DNA of 64,000 nucleotides from contig CP066688.1 of NCBI GenBank assembly GCA_016432425.1, positions 20,368 to 84,367 on the forward strand. The letters run 5' to 3'. Made by a program: the position numbers and the translations under genes. This stretch comes from Candidatus Daviesbacteria bacterium. Its GTDB lineage: Bacteria > Patescibacteriota > Microgenomatia > Daviesbacterales > UBA10151. Below, in pieces: positions 55,877-64,000 of the stretch. Each line of letters begins with the position of its first letter. Position 1 is the stretch's first letter. Under the pieces are notes generated by a model. That model was not told the origin of the DNA. It was given only the letters and a program-made list of their open reading frames with translations, and ran no database searches.

Positions 55877-57829
55877 ATGAAAAATCGTATCTTAGTATTG
55901 TCTTTTTTATCCATACTAGTACTGCTACTGTTTCTACCATTTATTTTAAATCCTCAATTATTACTAAACCGCAATAATGATTTGCAGGAAGTTTTTGGCC
56001 CCATATTTTTGTTTATAAAACAGCAGGTAATTACCAACCACCAGTTCCCTTTTTGGAATAGTCCGTGGTTTGCCGGCCAACCACTACTACCAGATCCTCA
56101 ATTTTCCTTTTTTTATCCGCCTAATTTATTGTTCTTAATTTTACCAATTGGCACAGCATTCATTGTAACTTTCTTTTTTCATCTTTTAATGGGCGGGGTG
56201 GGAATTTTTTTAATTTCTTCTAATATTTTTAAACTCTCAAAATTTAGCAGTTTATTTAGCGCAACTTTATATATCAGCTCACCTAAAATCATGGGGTTCC
56301 TGGTGGCCGGCCATGTGGGATTGGTAGAATCCAGTGCTTGGATCCCTTGGGTAATTTTAGCCACCATTAAACTCTCTTCATCAGCCAACATCTACTGGGT
56401 ACTGCTGTTATCGGCAAGTTTAGCCGGGTTATTTTTTACTCATACAGTTATTTTTATGATCACTATAAGTAGCAGTATCGCATTATTTTTGTATTGTTTA
56501 ACTCTCCAAAGAAAAAATATTTCGTTATCATTCAGGTTTATATTTTTAGCACTCGTAGGTACCGGCGGGCTGACAGCAGTCACCTTGCTACCCCAGCTGG
56601 AATGGTTAAAATCTACTACCAGATTCTTACTATTAAATACTAGAGAAGTTTTTCCTCAATGGAACTCTGTCGGGGAATTTATTAAATCGGTACTGGCTTC
56701 CGTTTACAACCTAAAAAATTTACAAAATATTGACAGCGAAAAATGGCTGCCCTTGGGACTCTTGGTAATTATTTTGTCACTCATTGGTTTTTTAAATTTA
56801 AAGAGAAAATTTAAAATTATTTTGTCAGTAACTCTAGTCTCGATAACACTAATTTCTTTAAATAACGCTTCACCGCTCTATCAATTTTTTTTGAAATTAG
56901 ATCCATATGTCTTAATGCGAGTTTCTACCAGAGTTTGGTTTGTGACGATTATCATTACTACCTTCTTAGCTAGTTTAGGAATTGAATATATTAGAAAAAA
57001 ATTTGGATTTAAAATCGCCGTTGTTATTGCAATTTTAGCGGTAGCAGAATTGTATTCTATTTCCTGGATATATATGCTCAAACCAGTGGAGCAAATCAAT
57101 TTTGCTCCTATTGAAGTTACTAACTATTTTAAAAATGACCACAACCTCTATCGAGTTTTCTGTGTCACCAGATGTTTATCTCAAAAAGAAGCTGCTGAAA
57201 ATAAATTAGAACTTATCGAAGGATACAATACCATCCAGCAATACAATTATTATAAACAGTCCTGGCAGCTGATGGGCAATTACTGGAATTATTATACTTT
57301 AGCCATCCCCCCTTTCGGCATTACCGAGTATGAACAGCTCAAACCGGACGCAAAGTCCCTGGGGGAATTTAATACTAAATATATTATCTCTCCCTATCCG
57401 CTGGAGGATCAAAACTTGAAGCTAGATCAAAAAATTAACGATTTCTTTATTTATCAAAATAACCTTTTTAAACCGCGTTCATATTTTTTTGATGCCGAGA
57501 TAGGAATTTTAGATGGTGCTAAAATTAATTACTACTCCCCTAATTTAGTCCGTGTGGATACATCTGCAAAATTAGCCAGCAGGGTAATCTTGGCTCAAGT
57601 TTATAGCCCGGGCTGGAATGCTTATTTGAATGGGCAAGAAAAAACTCCGGTTCTGGAGCGGCCAAATGCTTTAATGTTGGTTGATATTAAACCCACCACT
57701 AAATATGTTGATTTTCGATACGAGCCCGGTAGTTTTAAAATCGGTTTAATAATTAGTTTAGTAACCTTATCCTTTTACTGTTTTCTTTTAATTAAGGGAA
57801 AGGTCAACTTAAAATGGCTGCAAATCTAA
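55877..57829 (+). CDS. YfhO-like polytopic membrane protein (putative GT-C glycosyltransferase)
   Basis: The N-terminal pattern NDLQEVFGPIFLFIKQQVITNHQFPFWNSPWFAGQPLLPDPQFSFFYPPNLLF resembles YfhO family proteins. It has more than 12 TM helices and a C-terminal external domain. Confidence 0.5.
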   Translation: MKNRILVLSFLSILVLLLFLPFILNPQLLLNRNNDLQEVFGPIFLFIKQQVITNHQFPFWNSPWFAGQPLLPDPQFSFFYPPNLLFLILPIGTAFIVTFFFHLLMGGVGIFLISSNIFKLSKFSSLFSATLYISSPKIMGFLVAGHVGLVESSAWIPWVILATIKLSSSANIYWVLLLSASLAGLFFTHTVIFMITISSSIALFLYCLTLQRKNISLSFRFIFLALVGTGGLTAVTLLPQLEWLKSTTRFLLLNTREVFPQWNSVGEFIKSVLASVYNLKNLQNIDSEKWLPLGLLVIILSLIGFLNLKRKFKIILSVTLVSITLISLNNASPLYQFFLKLDPYVLMRVSTRVWFVTIIITTFLASLGIEYIRKKFGFKIAVVIAILAVAELYSISWIYMLKPVEQINFAPIEVTNYFKNDHNLYRVFCVTRCLSQKEAAENKLELIEGYNTIQQYNYYKQSWQLMGNYWNYYTLAIPPFGITEYEQLKPDAKSLGEFNTKYIISPYPLEDQNLKLDQKINDFFIYQNNLFKPRSYFFDAEIGILDGAKINYYSPNLVRVDTSAKLASRVILAQVYSPGWNAYLNGQEKTPVLERPNALMLVDIKPTTKYVDFRYEPGSFKIGLIISLVTLSFYCFLLIKGKVNLKWLQI

Positions 57830-59238
57830 TTAACCATTTACCAAAATATATCAAAGAATATTTATTAATTGGTTTGATACTTTTAGCTGCCCTGGTGGGG
57901 AGGATTTTATATTTATCACCCTATTTAGAAGATTGGGATAGCGTCCAATTTGCTCTGGCGATGAACCATTTTTCTCTGATTAAAGAGTTACCACATGCCC
58001 CCGGTTACCCACTATATATTTTGCTGGGAAATTTTATGAAGATTTTCTTTTCCTCGGATAATCTAGCTTTAACCATTCTCAGTGCAATGACGGGATCAGC
58101 AACAGTCTTAGTTACTTATTTATTAACTCAAAAAATGTTTAATAATAAATTAACTGCTTTAGGGGCAGCTTTAATTTTTACTTTTATTCCGGTAAGCTGG
58201 AGTCTGTCTGAACAAGCTTTAACTAACGTTCCTGGTTTATTTTTTCTTTCTTTGCTAGCTTACTTACTGTATAAATTTATCGACAACCCCAAAATTATTA
58301 TCCTGATCAGTTTTTTATTTGGGCTGCTGTTAGGACTACGGTTTACTGAACTGCCGATCATAATGGCTTTACTTTTATTTGTATTTGCTTGGAAGAGAAA
58401 TTTAAAACTAGTTTTGTTTTCTTCTTTAAGTTTTGTTGTAGGTATACTCTTTTGGCTGGGACCTTTAATTATAGTCACCGGCTGGACAGACTTTGTTAAA
58501 GCATACCTCAAGATTGCCAATTATATTTTCAATCATGATTCTTTACTGGGAGGTGACCGTTATGGTTTTTATCTAATACGCCTTAGATTAAATCACTTAT
58601 TTTATATTTTGAAAATCGCTTATGGGCAGATCTTCATTCTCATCTCTATACTAATACTAGCATTTACAATCTGGCAAAAAAAACAAAGGACAGATAGTAG
58701 AATTCAATTTTTATTAGTTTGGTTTTTAACATATTTAGTCTTCCTTGTTTTCTTCTTTAATTTGGAAGTTACTCGTTACAGCTTACCTCTAACTGTCCCC
58801 TTAGCCATTTTAACAGCTGCTGCCTTAAGTAAGTTAATCACCAATAAAACAATCTATACAGCAGTAATTTTAGTAACTTGTGTAATTTTGTTTAAAGACT
58901 CTTATTATCAAGTAAGTCAATTCAAAAATTCTCTCCCCCCTACTATGGCTCCGGTTCTTTTGGTTAAAAAAGAGTTCAGTTCATCTGAAACTACTCTTAT
59001 TCCCACTTTGTTAAAACGTCATTTTCAATACTACACTCCGCAGTTCTCATTGGTTGATTTAGATGAGTTCCACTCTCAAATTATCACCAGTAAATTCGTC
59101 ATTATTGATCATCTTTCCACCATTGATAAAATTAAAGATTTGCGCAGTTACAAACTTAAGGATAAAAAAGAATTTTATGGAGATCGGGAAATCTATAACC
59201 GGGTCCCCCGCACTACTATTTATATTTTAGAAAAATGA
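57814..59238 (+). CDS. DUF2723/TMEM260-like GT-C membrane protein (putative protein O-mannosyltransferase family)
   Basis: The first loop DSVQFALAMNHFSLIKELPHAPGYPLYILLG matches the DUF2723 signature (D..EF..A.....aHPPGYPL). About 11 TM segments are present. Confidence 0.55.
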   Translation: MAANLINHLPKYIKEYLLIGLILLAALVGRILYLSPYLEDWDSVQFALAMNHFSLIKELPHAPGYPLYILLGNFMKIFFSSDNLALTILSAMTGSATVLVTYLLTQKMFNNKLTALGAALIFTFIPVSWSLSEQALTNVPGLFFLSLLAYLLYKFIDNPKIIILISFLFGLLLGLRFTELPIIMALLLFVFAWKRNLKLVLFSSLSFVVGILFWLGPLIIVTGWTDFVKAYLKIANYIFNHDSLLGGDRYGFYLIRLRLNHLFYILKIAYGQIFILISILILAFTIWQKKQRTDSRIQFLLVWFLTYLVFLVFFFNLEVTRYSLPLTVPLAILTAAALSKLITNKTIYTAVILVTCVILFKDSYYQVSQFKNSLPPTMAPVLLVKKEFSSSETTLIPTLLKRHFQYYTPQFSLVDLDEFHSQIITSKFVIIDHLSTIDKIKDLRSYKLKDKKEFYGDREIYNRVPRTTIYILEK

Positions 59239-59242
59239 ATAG

Positions 59243-60949
59243 TTACTTTTTAATTAAATAATTTTCTAAAATTAATACATCCAGTTCACTGTTCATAAAT
59301 GTATTGTAAGCTTCCTCATTAGTATTAACTATTGGCTCACCTTTTAAATTAAAAGAGGTATTGAGCAATGTTGATATTCCTGTTTGCTCACCAAAACTTT
59401 TTACCAGATTATAATAAGCAGGGTTAATGGGTTTCTTAATCAGTTGGGGGCGGGCTGTCCCGTCTACATGAGTAACCGCCCCTAATTTAGCTTGCCAAGA
59501 CTTCTTAACCGGTACTACCGCCAGCATATACTCTAAAATAGGAGGGATCGCGGATCCAATTTCAAAATACTGCGATCCTTTTTCATACAAAGATACCGGG
59601 GCAAAAGGCCTAAAGGCTTCCCTAAATTTAATTTTTTTATTTACCAAATCTCTCATTTTTTTACTTCTCGGATCAGCCAAAATGCTGCGCGCCCCCAAAG
59701 CCCGGGGTCCCCATTCAAATCTACCTTTAACCCAACCAATTACTTTACCCGCAGCCAAAAGTTCTGTCACTTGATTATTTAAATCTTGGTCAGAAAGTCT
59801 TTTGGCAGTTAAATTGTTTACTCTTAAAAATTGTTTGACTGAAGACTCTGAGTTCTGCTGCCCCAAAAATACATCCTGAAAAGATTTTTTTCTTGGTTTA
59901 CCTAAAATATGGTAATAAAGATAAAGGGCGGCTCCCACTGCCCCTCCGGAATCCCCTGCCGCCGGATGAATAAAAATATTTTTAAAGCCGGCTTCTTTAA
60001 ATATCCGCCAATTAGCTACCCCGTTTAAAGCCACTCCTCCGCCATAACATAAATTTTCCTCACCGGTTTCCTGTTGCAAAGCTTTAGCAATTACTAACAG
60101 TTTTTCTTCTAAAACTTTTTGGGCGCTAGCAGCAATATCGGCATATTTAATAAAAACTTGATCACCATCTTTGGGGTTAACAGGAGGCAATTTAAAAAGC
60201 TTGACAAATTTATCAGTAAAACTCTTTTTTTCGGAGACATGGAAATTAAAATAATCTATATTCAACCTGAAAGAACCATCTTCCGCTTGTCTAATTAGCT
60301 TTTCTACTTCTGCCACATATTTGGGCTGGCCGTAAGGCGCTAACCCCATTACTTTATATTCTCCTTCATTAATCTCGAACCCTAAATATTGGGTAAAGGT
60401 ACTGTAAAAAAGACCCAGCGAGTGAGGAAATTTTATTTCTCTGTTTAAAACTAGCTTATTACCTTGACCTTTTCCCAAAGCCGTGGTGGTCCACTCCCCC
60501 ACCCCATCACAAGTTAAAATAGCGGCTGATTTAAAATCACTGGTGTAATAAGAGCTGGCAGCATGGGAAAGATGATGGCCGCCAAAAAAAATTTTTTTGG
60601 CTGGAATTTTTAGAGTTGAGGCAATCGTGGCTTTAACCCACAATTTATTTTTTAACCAAGTTTTATAAGCATCTGTAAATAAACCCCTCGCTACTGGTAC
60701 GGTTGCCAGAGCAGATAAAGTGATTCTTTCAAATTTAGTGAACGGTTTTTCATAAAAAATTACATAATCTAAATCTTGGGCAGCAATTTCGGCAAAATTT
60801 AGGCAAAAAGCAATTGCTTGTTTGGGGAAACTAGAGTCGTGTTTTATCCGAGAAAACCGCTCTTCCTCGGCCGCTGCTAAAATTTGGCCATCTTTAATTA
60901 AAGCAGCCGCCCCATCATGGTAATAACAAGAGATTCCTAAAATATACAT
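59243..60949 (-). CDS. carbamoyltransferase (NodU/CmcH family)
   Basis: The N-terminus ILGISCYYHDGAAALIKDGQILAAAEEERFSRIKHD matches Carbam_trans_N, and a C-terminal Carbam_trans_C-like region is present. Length is 568 aa. Confidence 0.8.
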   Translation of the reverse strand: MYILGISCYYHDGAAALIKDGQILAAAEEERFSRIKHDSSFPKQAIAFCLNFAEIAAQDLDYVIFYEKPFTKFERITLSALATVPVARGLFTDAYKTWLKNKLWVKATIASTLKIPAKKIFFGGHHLSHAASSYYTSDFKSAAILTCDGVGEWTTTALGKGQGNKLVLNREIKFPHSLGLFYSTFTQYLGFEINEGEYKVMGLAPYGQPKYVAEVEKLIRQAEDGSFRLNIDYFNFHVSEKKSFTDKFVKLFKLPPVNPKDGDQVFIKYADIAASAQKVLEEKLLVIAKALQQETGEENLCYGGGVALNGVANWRIFKEAGFKNIFIHPAAGDSGGAVGAALYLYYHILGKPRKKSFQDVFLGQQNSESSVKQFLRVNNLTAKRLSDQDLNNQVTELLAAGKVIGWVKGRFEWGPRALGARSILADPRSKKMRDLVNKKIKFREAFRPFAPVSLYEKGSQYFEIGSAIPPILEYMLAVVPVKKSWQAKLGAVTHVDGTARPQLIKKPINPAYYNLVKSFGEQTGISTLLNTSFNLKGEPIVNTNEEAYNTFMNSELDVLILENYLIKK

Positions 60950-60950
60950 T

Positions 60951-61178
60951 TTATTGTTTTTTCAAATCTTTTATCTTAAAATAATTATCTTTAAAATCCT
61001 CCCATTTGGGACTGTCTTTAACATGCAGAAAATCAGCCAAAACCTGGGTTATTAAACCCAAAGGGGTTGCCAGTATAAAATATAATAAAGAAAAAACAAC
61101 TGTGACCTGGAAATTACCTATTTTTTCGGCAATTTTTTTCCATTTTTCCCAAACTTTTTTCATAAAAATATTACTCAA
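60951..61178 (-). CDS. small membrane protein (75 aa), often found 3' of carbamoyltransferase genes
   Basis: A single TM helix (VTVVFSLLYFILATPLGLITQVL). Its stop is 2 nt after the carbamoyltransferase start. Confidence 0.45.
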   Translation of the reverse strand: MSNIFMKKVWEKWKKIAEKIGNFQVTVVFSLLYFILATPLGLITQVLADFLHVKDSPKWEDFKDNYFKIKDLKKQ

Positions 61179-61388
61179 ATATATTTTAGAAGAGCGGATA
61201 AATTATGGGAGCCAAGGGAGAGGAACCCACTAATAAAATTAATAGCCCTACTACTAGGAATACTAGCATCATGGGGATTAACCACCACAATTTTCTTCTC
61301 CATAAAAATATAAAAAATTCTTTGACTATTTCAAACCTATTTAATAAATCATTCATTAAACAACCTTAACATATTAAAAATATAGTTT

Positions 61389-62846
61389 TCAATATGGAAA
61401 AAATGGTGTTAAAGATATCATTTTTTCCTGGTTATATTTTTCACTATCAATCGCTTCATAGTAAACCTTAATCGATAAATCGTTATATAAAAGTTTCAGT
61501 GCATCTGATCCCGATAGTATGTAAAATACTTGTTTAGAAGAGCTTCCCCAATCTTGAGAAATATAGGGATAACCAGGATCATCCTTTATGAAAAAGTTTG
61601 CTCCTTTATCTATTTGAGGAACTTCATGTTTAATACTACTTAGTATCACTTTTGCGGCCTTTGCCCTTTTGGCAGCCCAATGGGTGCTTTGATTAAGTTG
61701 GATAGTTTGCCAAGATAGCCCTAAAAATGCTACCACAAAAAATATCACCACAAATTTACCTATTTTTTGCCAGGTCAATAAATTAGAGATCGGATAGACG
61801 ATAAATCCTGCAAAAAATACCAGTGGTAAATTTAAGTAATAACTAAAAATATGTTTCGGGAAAAAAATAAAAGGTGTCAGCGAAATGATAAATGAAAAAA
61901 ATAAAAAATAAAAAATGGAATTTAAATTGCGAAAATATCTCCCAAAAGCAATGGCGACAGTTATAAGTATAATACCAATAATTGGTGTTATAAGTAGTAA
62001 ATAATCTCCATAATATTTAAATAGATTAGGGTTTATTTCAAATTTTAAGGTCATAAAATCTCTTAACATTTCAGGCAAACCTATGGTCCACAAGGATAAC
62101 CATACAAATGAATTTATCACACTAGGCGGAGAAAACACTGGTTGATATACTTGCTGTTGAGAAATTCCGAAATAAGCAAAATGGACAAGTATTCTTAAAA
62201 ATAAAAGTAGCACGAATGGCAGCAGATTAATAACTATCCTTCTAAAAGAATTTTTCTTGCAGAAAACTTCATATAAAAATAAAATACCAATCAGTACTGC
62301 CGCTGATTCATGTGATAGTAACGCTGTAATAAAAACTAATATAGATAAGTACCAATTAATAATTTTTCTTCCTGTAGAAAATTTATGATAATTTAACAAA
62401 CCAACTAACACAAAAAATGTAGAAAGTAATGTTTGAACAGATGATAAATAGTATAATTCAACACTATGTATAGGACTAATCAGATAAATTAAAAAGGCTA
62501 AAAAACCAATCAGTTCTTTTTTGCTAACCATCTTTATGAGTAGGAAAACTAAAAAAGAATTAATAAATATTAAAACTAGGTTTATTAAATGATATGGAAA
62601 TGGATTTAAATTATACAACTTGAACATGATAAAATTATATAATTCTCGACTTAAAGGGCGATAAAAGGTTTGTTCATCGCTAAATTTAGGAATAAACAAT
62701 GACGGGAGATCTGTTATTTCTTTTCCCAACAATAATCTTAAATGGAAAAAATCATCTTGGGAAAAATAAGAATTGAGAGCATTCCAATTAAAAATTATCA
62801 GTATAAAAACTGACAAGAAGATTACAAAAACGTTAAGAATTTTCAT
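61389..62846 (-). CDS. polytopic membrane protein, putative GT-C-type glycosyltransferase (PMT-like loop motif)
   Basis: The first loop reads SQDDFFHLRL...FYRPLSRELYNFIMFKLYNLNPFPYHLINLVLIF (DD...FRPL...G.NP..YH..N pattern). About 12 TM segments are present. Confidence 0.45.
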   Translation of the reverse strand: MKILNVFVIFLSVFILIIFNWNALNSYFSQDDFFHLRLLLGKEITDLPSLFIPKFSDEQTFYRPLSRELYNFIMFKLYNLNPFPYHLINLVLIFINSFLVFLLIKMVSKKELIGFLAFLIYLISPIHSVELYYLSSVQTLLSTFFVLVGLLNYHKFSTGRKIINWYLSILVFITALLSHESAAVLIGILFLYEVFCKKNSFRRIVINLLPFVLLLFLRILVHFAYFGISQQQVYQPVFSPPSVINSFVWLSLWTIGLPEMLRDFMTLKFEINPNLFKYYGDYLLLITPIIGIILITVAIAFGRYFRNLNSIFYFLFFSFIISLTPFIFFPKHIFSYYLNLPLVFFAGFIVYPISNLLTWQKIGKFVVIFFVVAFLGLSWQTIQLNQSTHWAAKRAKAAKVILSSIKHEVPQIDKGANFFIKDDPGYPYISQDWGSSSKQVFYILSGSDALKLLYNDLSIKVYYEAIDSEKYNQEKMISLTPFFPY

Positions 62847-62857
62847 CTATGAGGATG

Positions 62858-63247
62858 TTATTTTTTAAATACATTACTGTTAATATTTTCAACTAAAAAT
62901 AGTGCCGTTCCAAGTATTAATGTTTGATATACATAAACCGCTGTCCTTTCAGCCCAGACCTCAATTCCACTCAACCTTAAAAAGGCGGCAAAAAGCCACA
63001 GTATCAACCCAATAATAAAAAATGTTTTGCTTCTGGCTCCAATAAGAAATGCTGTTGCCAGCAGTGACATAAATACTACTGCATTTATAGTGATAGAATA
63101 ATAAGGAGAAAAATAGCCTCCCGAGCGAAGCAGTAATAAAAGTATGACTAGAATATTAAATACAAAAAGGCCAACAAGATGATTTTGAGTCCATTTGCTT
63201 AATATCTTTTGATATTGTTTTTTATAACCCAAAATCTCCTTCATCAT
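62858..63247 (-). CDS. hypothetical 4-TM membrane protein
   Basis: 129 aa with four hydrophobic helices. No motif. Confidence 0.45.
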   Translation of the reverse strand: MMKEILGYKKQYQKILSKWTQNHLVGLFVFNILVILLLLLRSGGYFSPYYSITINAVVFMSLLATAFLIGARSKTFFIIGLILWLFAAFLRLSGIEVWAERTAVYVYQTLILGTALFLVENINSNVFKK

Positions 63248-63265
63248 GTTATATAATTTATTACT

Positions 63266-64000
63266 TTATAGTTTATTTTTCCCAGAAACTCTCTTTGAAA
63301 TAAATTGAGCAACAAAATACGTCGTAACTGTAAGCAGCGTTAAACTGGAAATTATAAATCCTATTAACCATAGCTTTTGGCGTTGATAAGAAATTATCAT
63401 CTGATATTTTTTCGGGGTTTCCGGAATGTACCAAGCATTGGCATAAAGGTTGGTAGAAAAATGTATCGGCACAACTTTGAGTTTTTCACCTGTTTCGCTA
63501 AATAAGCTAACTTCCCAGAAGGGTGAGTAATTCTCAGAAAAAACAATGACGTGCGAACCTGAAACTTTATCTATCTCTGCTTTGTAGTAAACAGGTGAAA
63601 TTCTCTTTAATTTTACTTCTGGAGTATCAAGAAGAACAGGTAAGTTTGCTTTGGCGAAAATTAGATTATTAGAAAATATTTTATAAACAAATAAATCATC
63701 ATATATAACTTTTGTCCCTAGTGGATCTTTAATAAGGGGAGCAATCAAAGAAATTCTCATCGTAGAATCAGTAACTACGGGATTATAAAAGAAATTAAAA
63801 GTATGCATCTGTGGATAGTTCGGTAATCTTTCAGTCTGGGCTTTAATCAGGGTATTTTGATTCTGTTGATAAACTATACTACTAGCATTATTCCCATAAA
63901 TTTGCTGGTACTTTAAAGCTATAAAATATGTAGCGAATGGATCAAAAGAGGAAACTATAAAATCGGCAGACGGCTCTCTGGCTTCAAGTCCCTTATTAAG
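63266..64000 (-). CDS. hypothetical protein, N-terminus outside window (5'-partial)
   Basis: The minus-strand frame stays open without stops from 63808 to the window edge at 64000, so the ORF-track start at 63808 is probably internal. A C-terminal TM helix is present. Confidence 0.5.
   Translation of the reverse strand, partial: LNKGLEAREPSADFIVSSFDPFATYFIALKYQQIYGNNASSIVYQQNQNTLIKAQTERLPNYPQMHTFNFFYNPVVTDSTMRISLIAPLIKDPLGTKVIYDDLFVYKIFSNNLIFAKANLPVLLDTPEVKLKRISPVYYKAEIDKVSGSHVIVFSENYSPFWEVSLFSETGEKLKVVPIHFSTNLYANAWYIPETPKKYQMIISYQRQKLWLIGFIISSLTLLTVTTYFVAQFISKRVSGKNKL

Noticed and set aside
61184-61314. Possible 43-aa minus-strand ORF (MEKKIVVVNPHDASIPSSRAINFISGFLSLGSHNLSALLKYI) in the 210-bp gap before the GT-C gene
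   Set aside because: It has no convincing RBS, low hydrophobicity and no motif. It is more likely non-coding promoter DNA for the 60951-61178 / carbamoyltransferase genes.
1-64000. Integrase, transposase or prophage genes that would define a mobile element at the tRNA genes
   Set aside because: No tyrosine or serine recombinase, DDE transposase or phage structural motifs were recognisable in any frame. The accessory character of 1-4100 therefore rests on gene content only.

Overview
This is a low-GC bacterial chromosomal segment, roughly 30-45% GC by eye. Its gene content is compatible with a reduced Gram-positive-like or CPR/Patescibacteria-like genome, but no taxonomic marker in the window decides this. 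Coordinates 1-4100 hold an accessory-looking patch: a 3'-partial LysM protein, tRNA-Thr(CGU), a two-gene operon of small hydrophilic proteins, a 24-bp tandem repeat, a putative promoter and an intrinsic terminator, an NYN-domain remnant, a NUDIX hydrolase, a two-gene ParB/Srx-like plus transmembrane coiled-coil module, and tRNA-Gly(CCC). Coordinates 4100-12100 are housekeeping on both strands: an Ig-like membrane protein with a Wzy_C/O-antigen-ligase-family protein whose 3' end overlaps an antisense tRNA-Val(CAC), then lepB, parB, rpmA-rplU, rodA and ileS. Coordinates 12200-25660 are a complete minus-strand division and cell-wall (dcw) cluster, mraZ-rsmH-ftsL-ftsI-murE-murB-like-murF-mraY-ftsW-murG-ftsQ-ftsA-ftsZ. 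A PaaX-like regulator gene, flanked by imperfect direct repeats carrying the ACGGCCGT palindrome, is inserted between ftsI and murE. Coordinates 25790-28935 hold two hypothetical genes, glyQS and recO. Coordinates 28970-64000 are one very large, AT-rich glycan biosynthesis locus with about 30 genes. It encodes an initiating phosphoglycosyltransferase, at least 11 GT2/GT4 glycosyltransferases, at least 5 GT-C-type polytopic membrane proteins, a Wzy_C protein, a Wzx flippase, an acetyltransferase, two methyltransferases, a carbamoyltransferase, an SGNH hydrolase and an RmlD-like reductase. No rRNA, CRISPR, integrase or transposase was seen. The strongest candidates for something new are the glycan-decoration locus with its density of GT-C proteins, the ParB-like/TM two-gene module beside the tRNA-Gly(CCC) gene (tRNA-Thr and tRNA-Val lie nearby), and the ACGGCCGT repeat family around the PaaX-like insertion.
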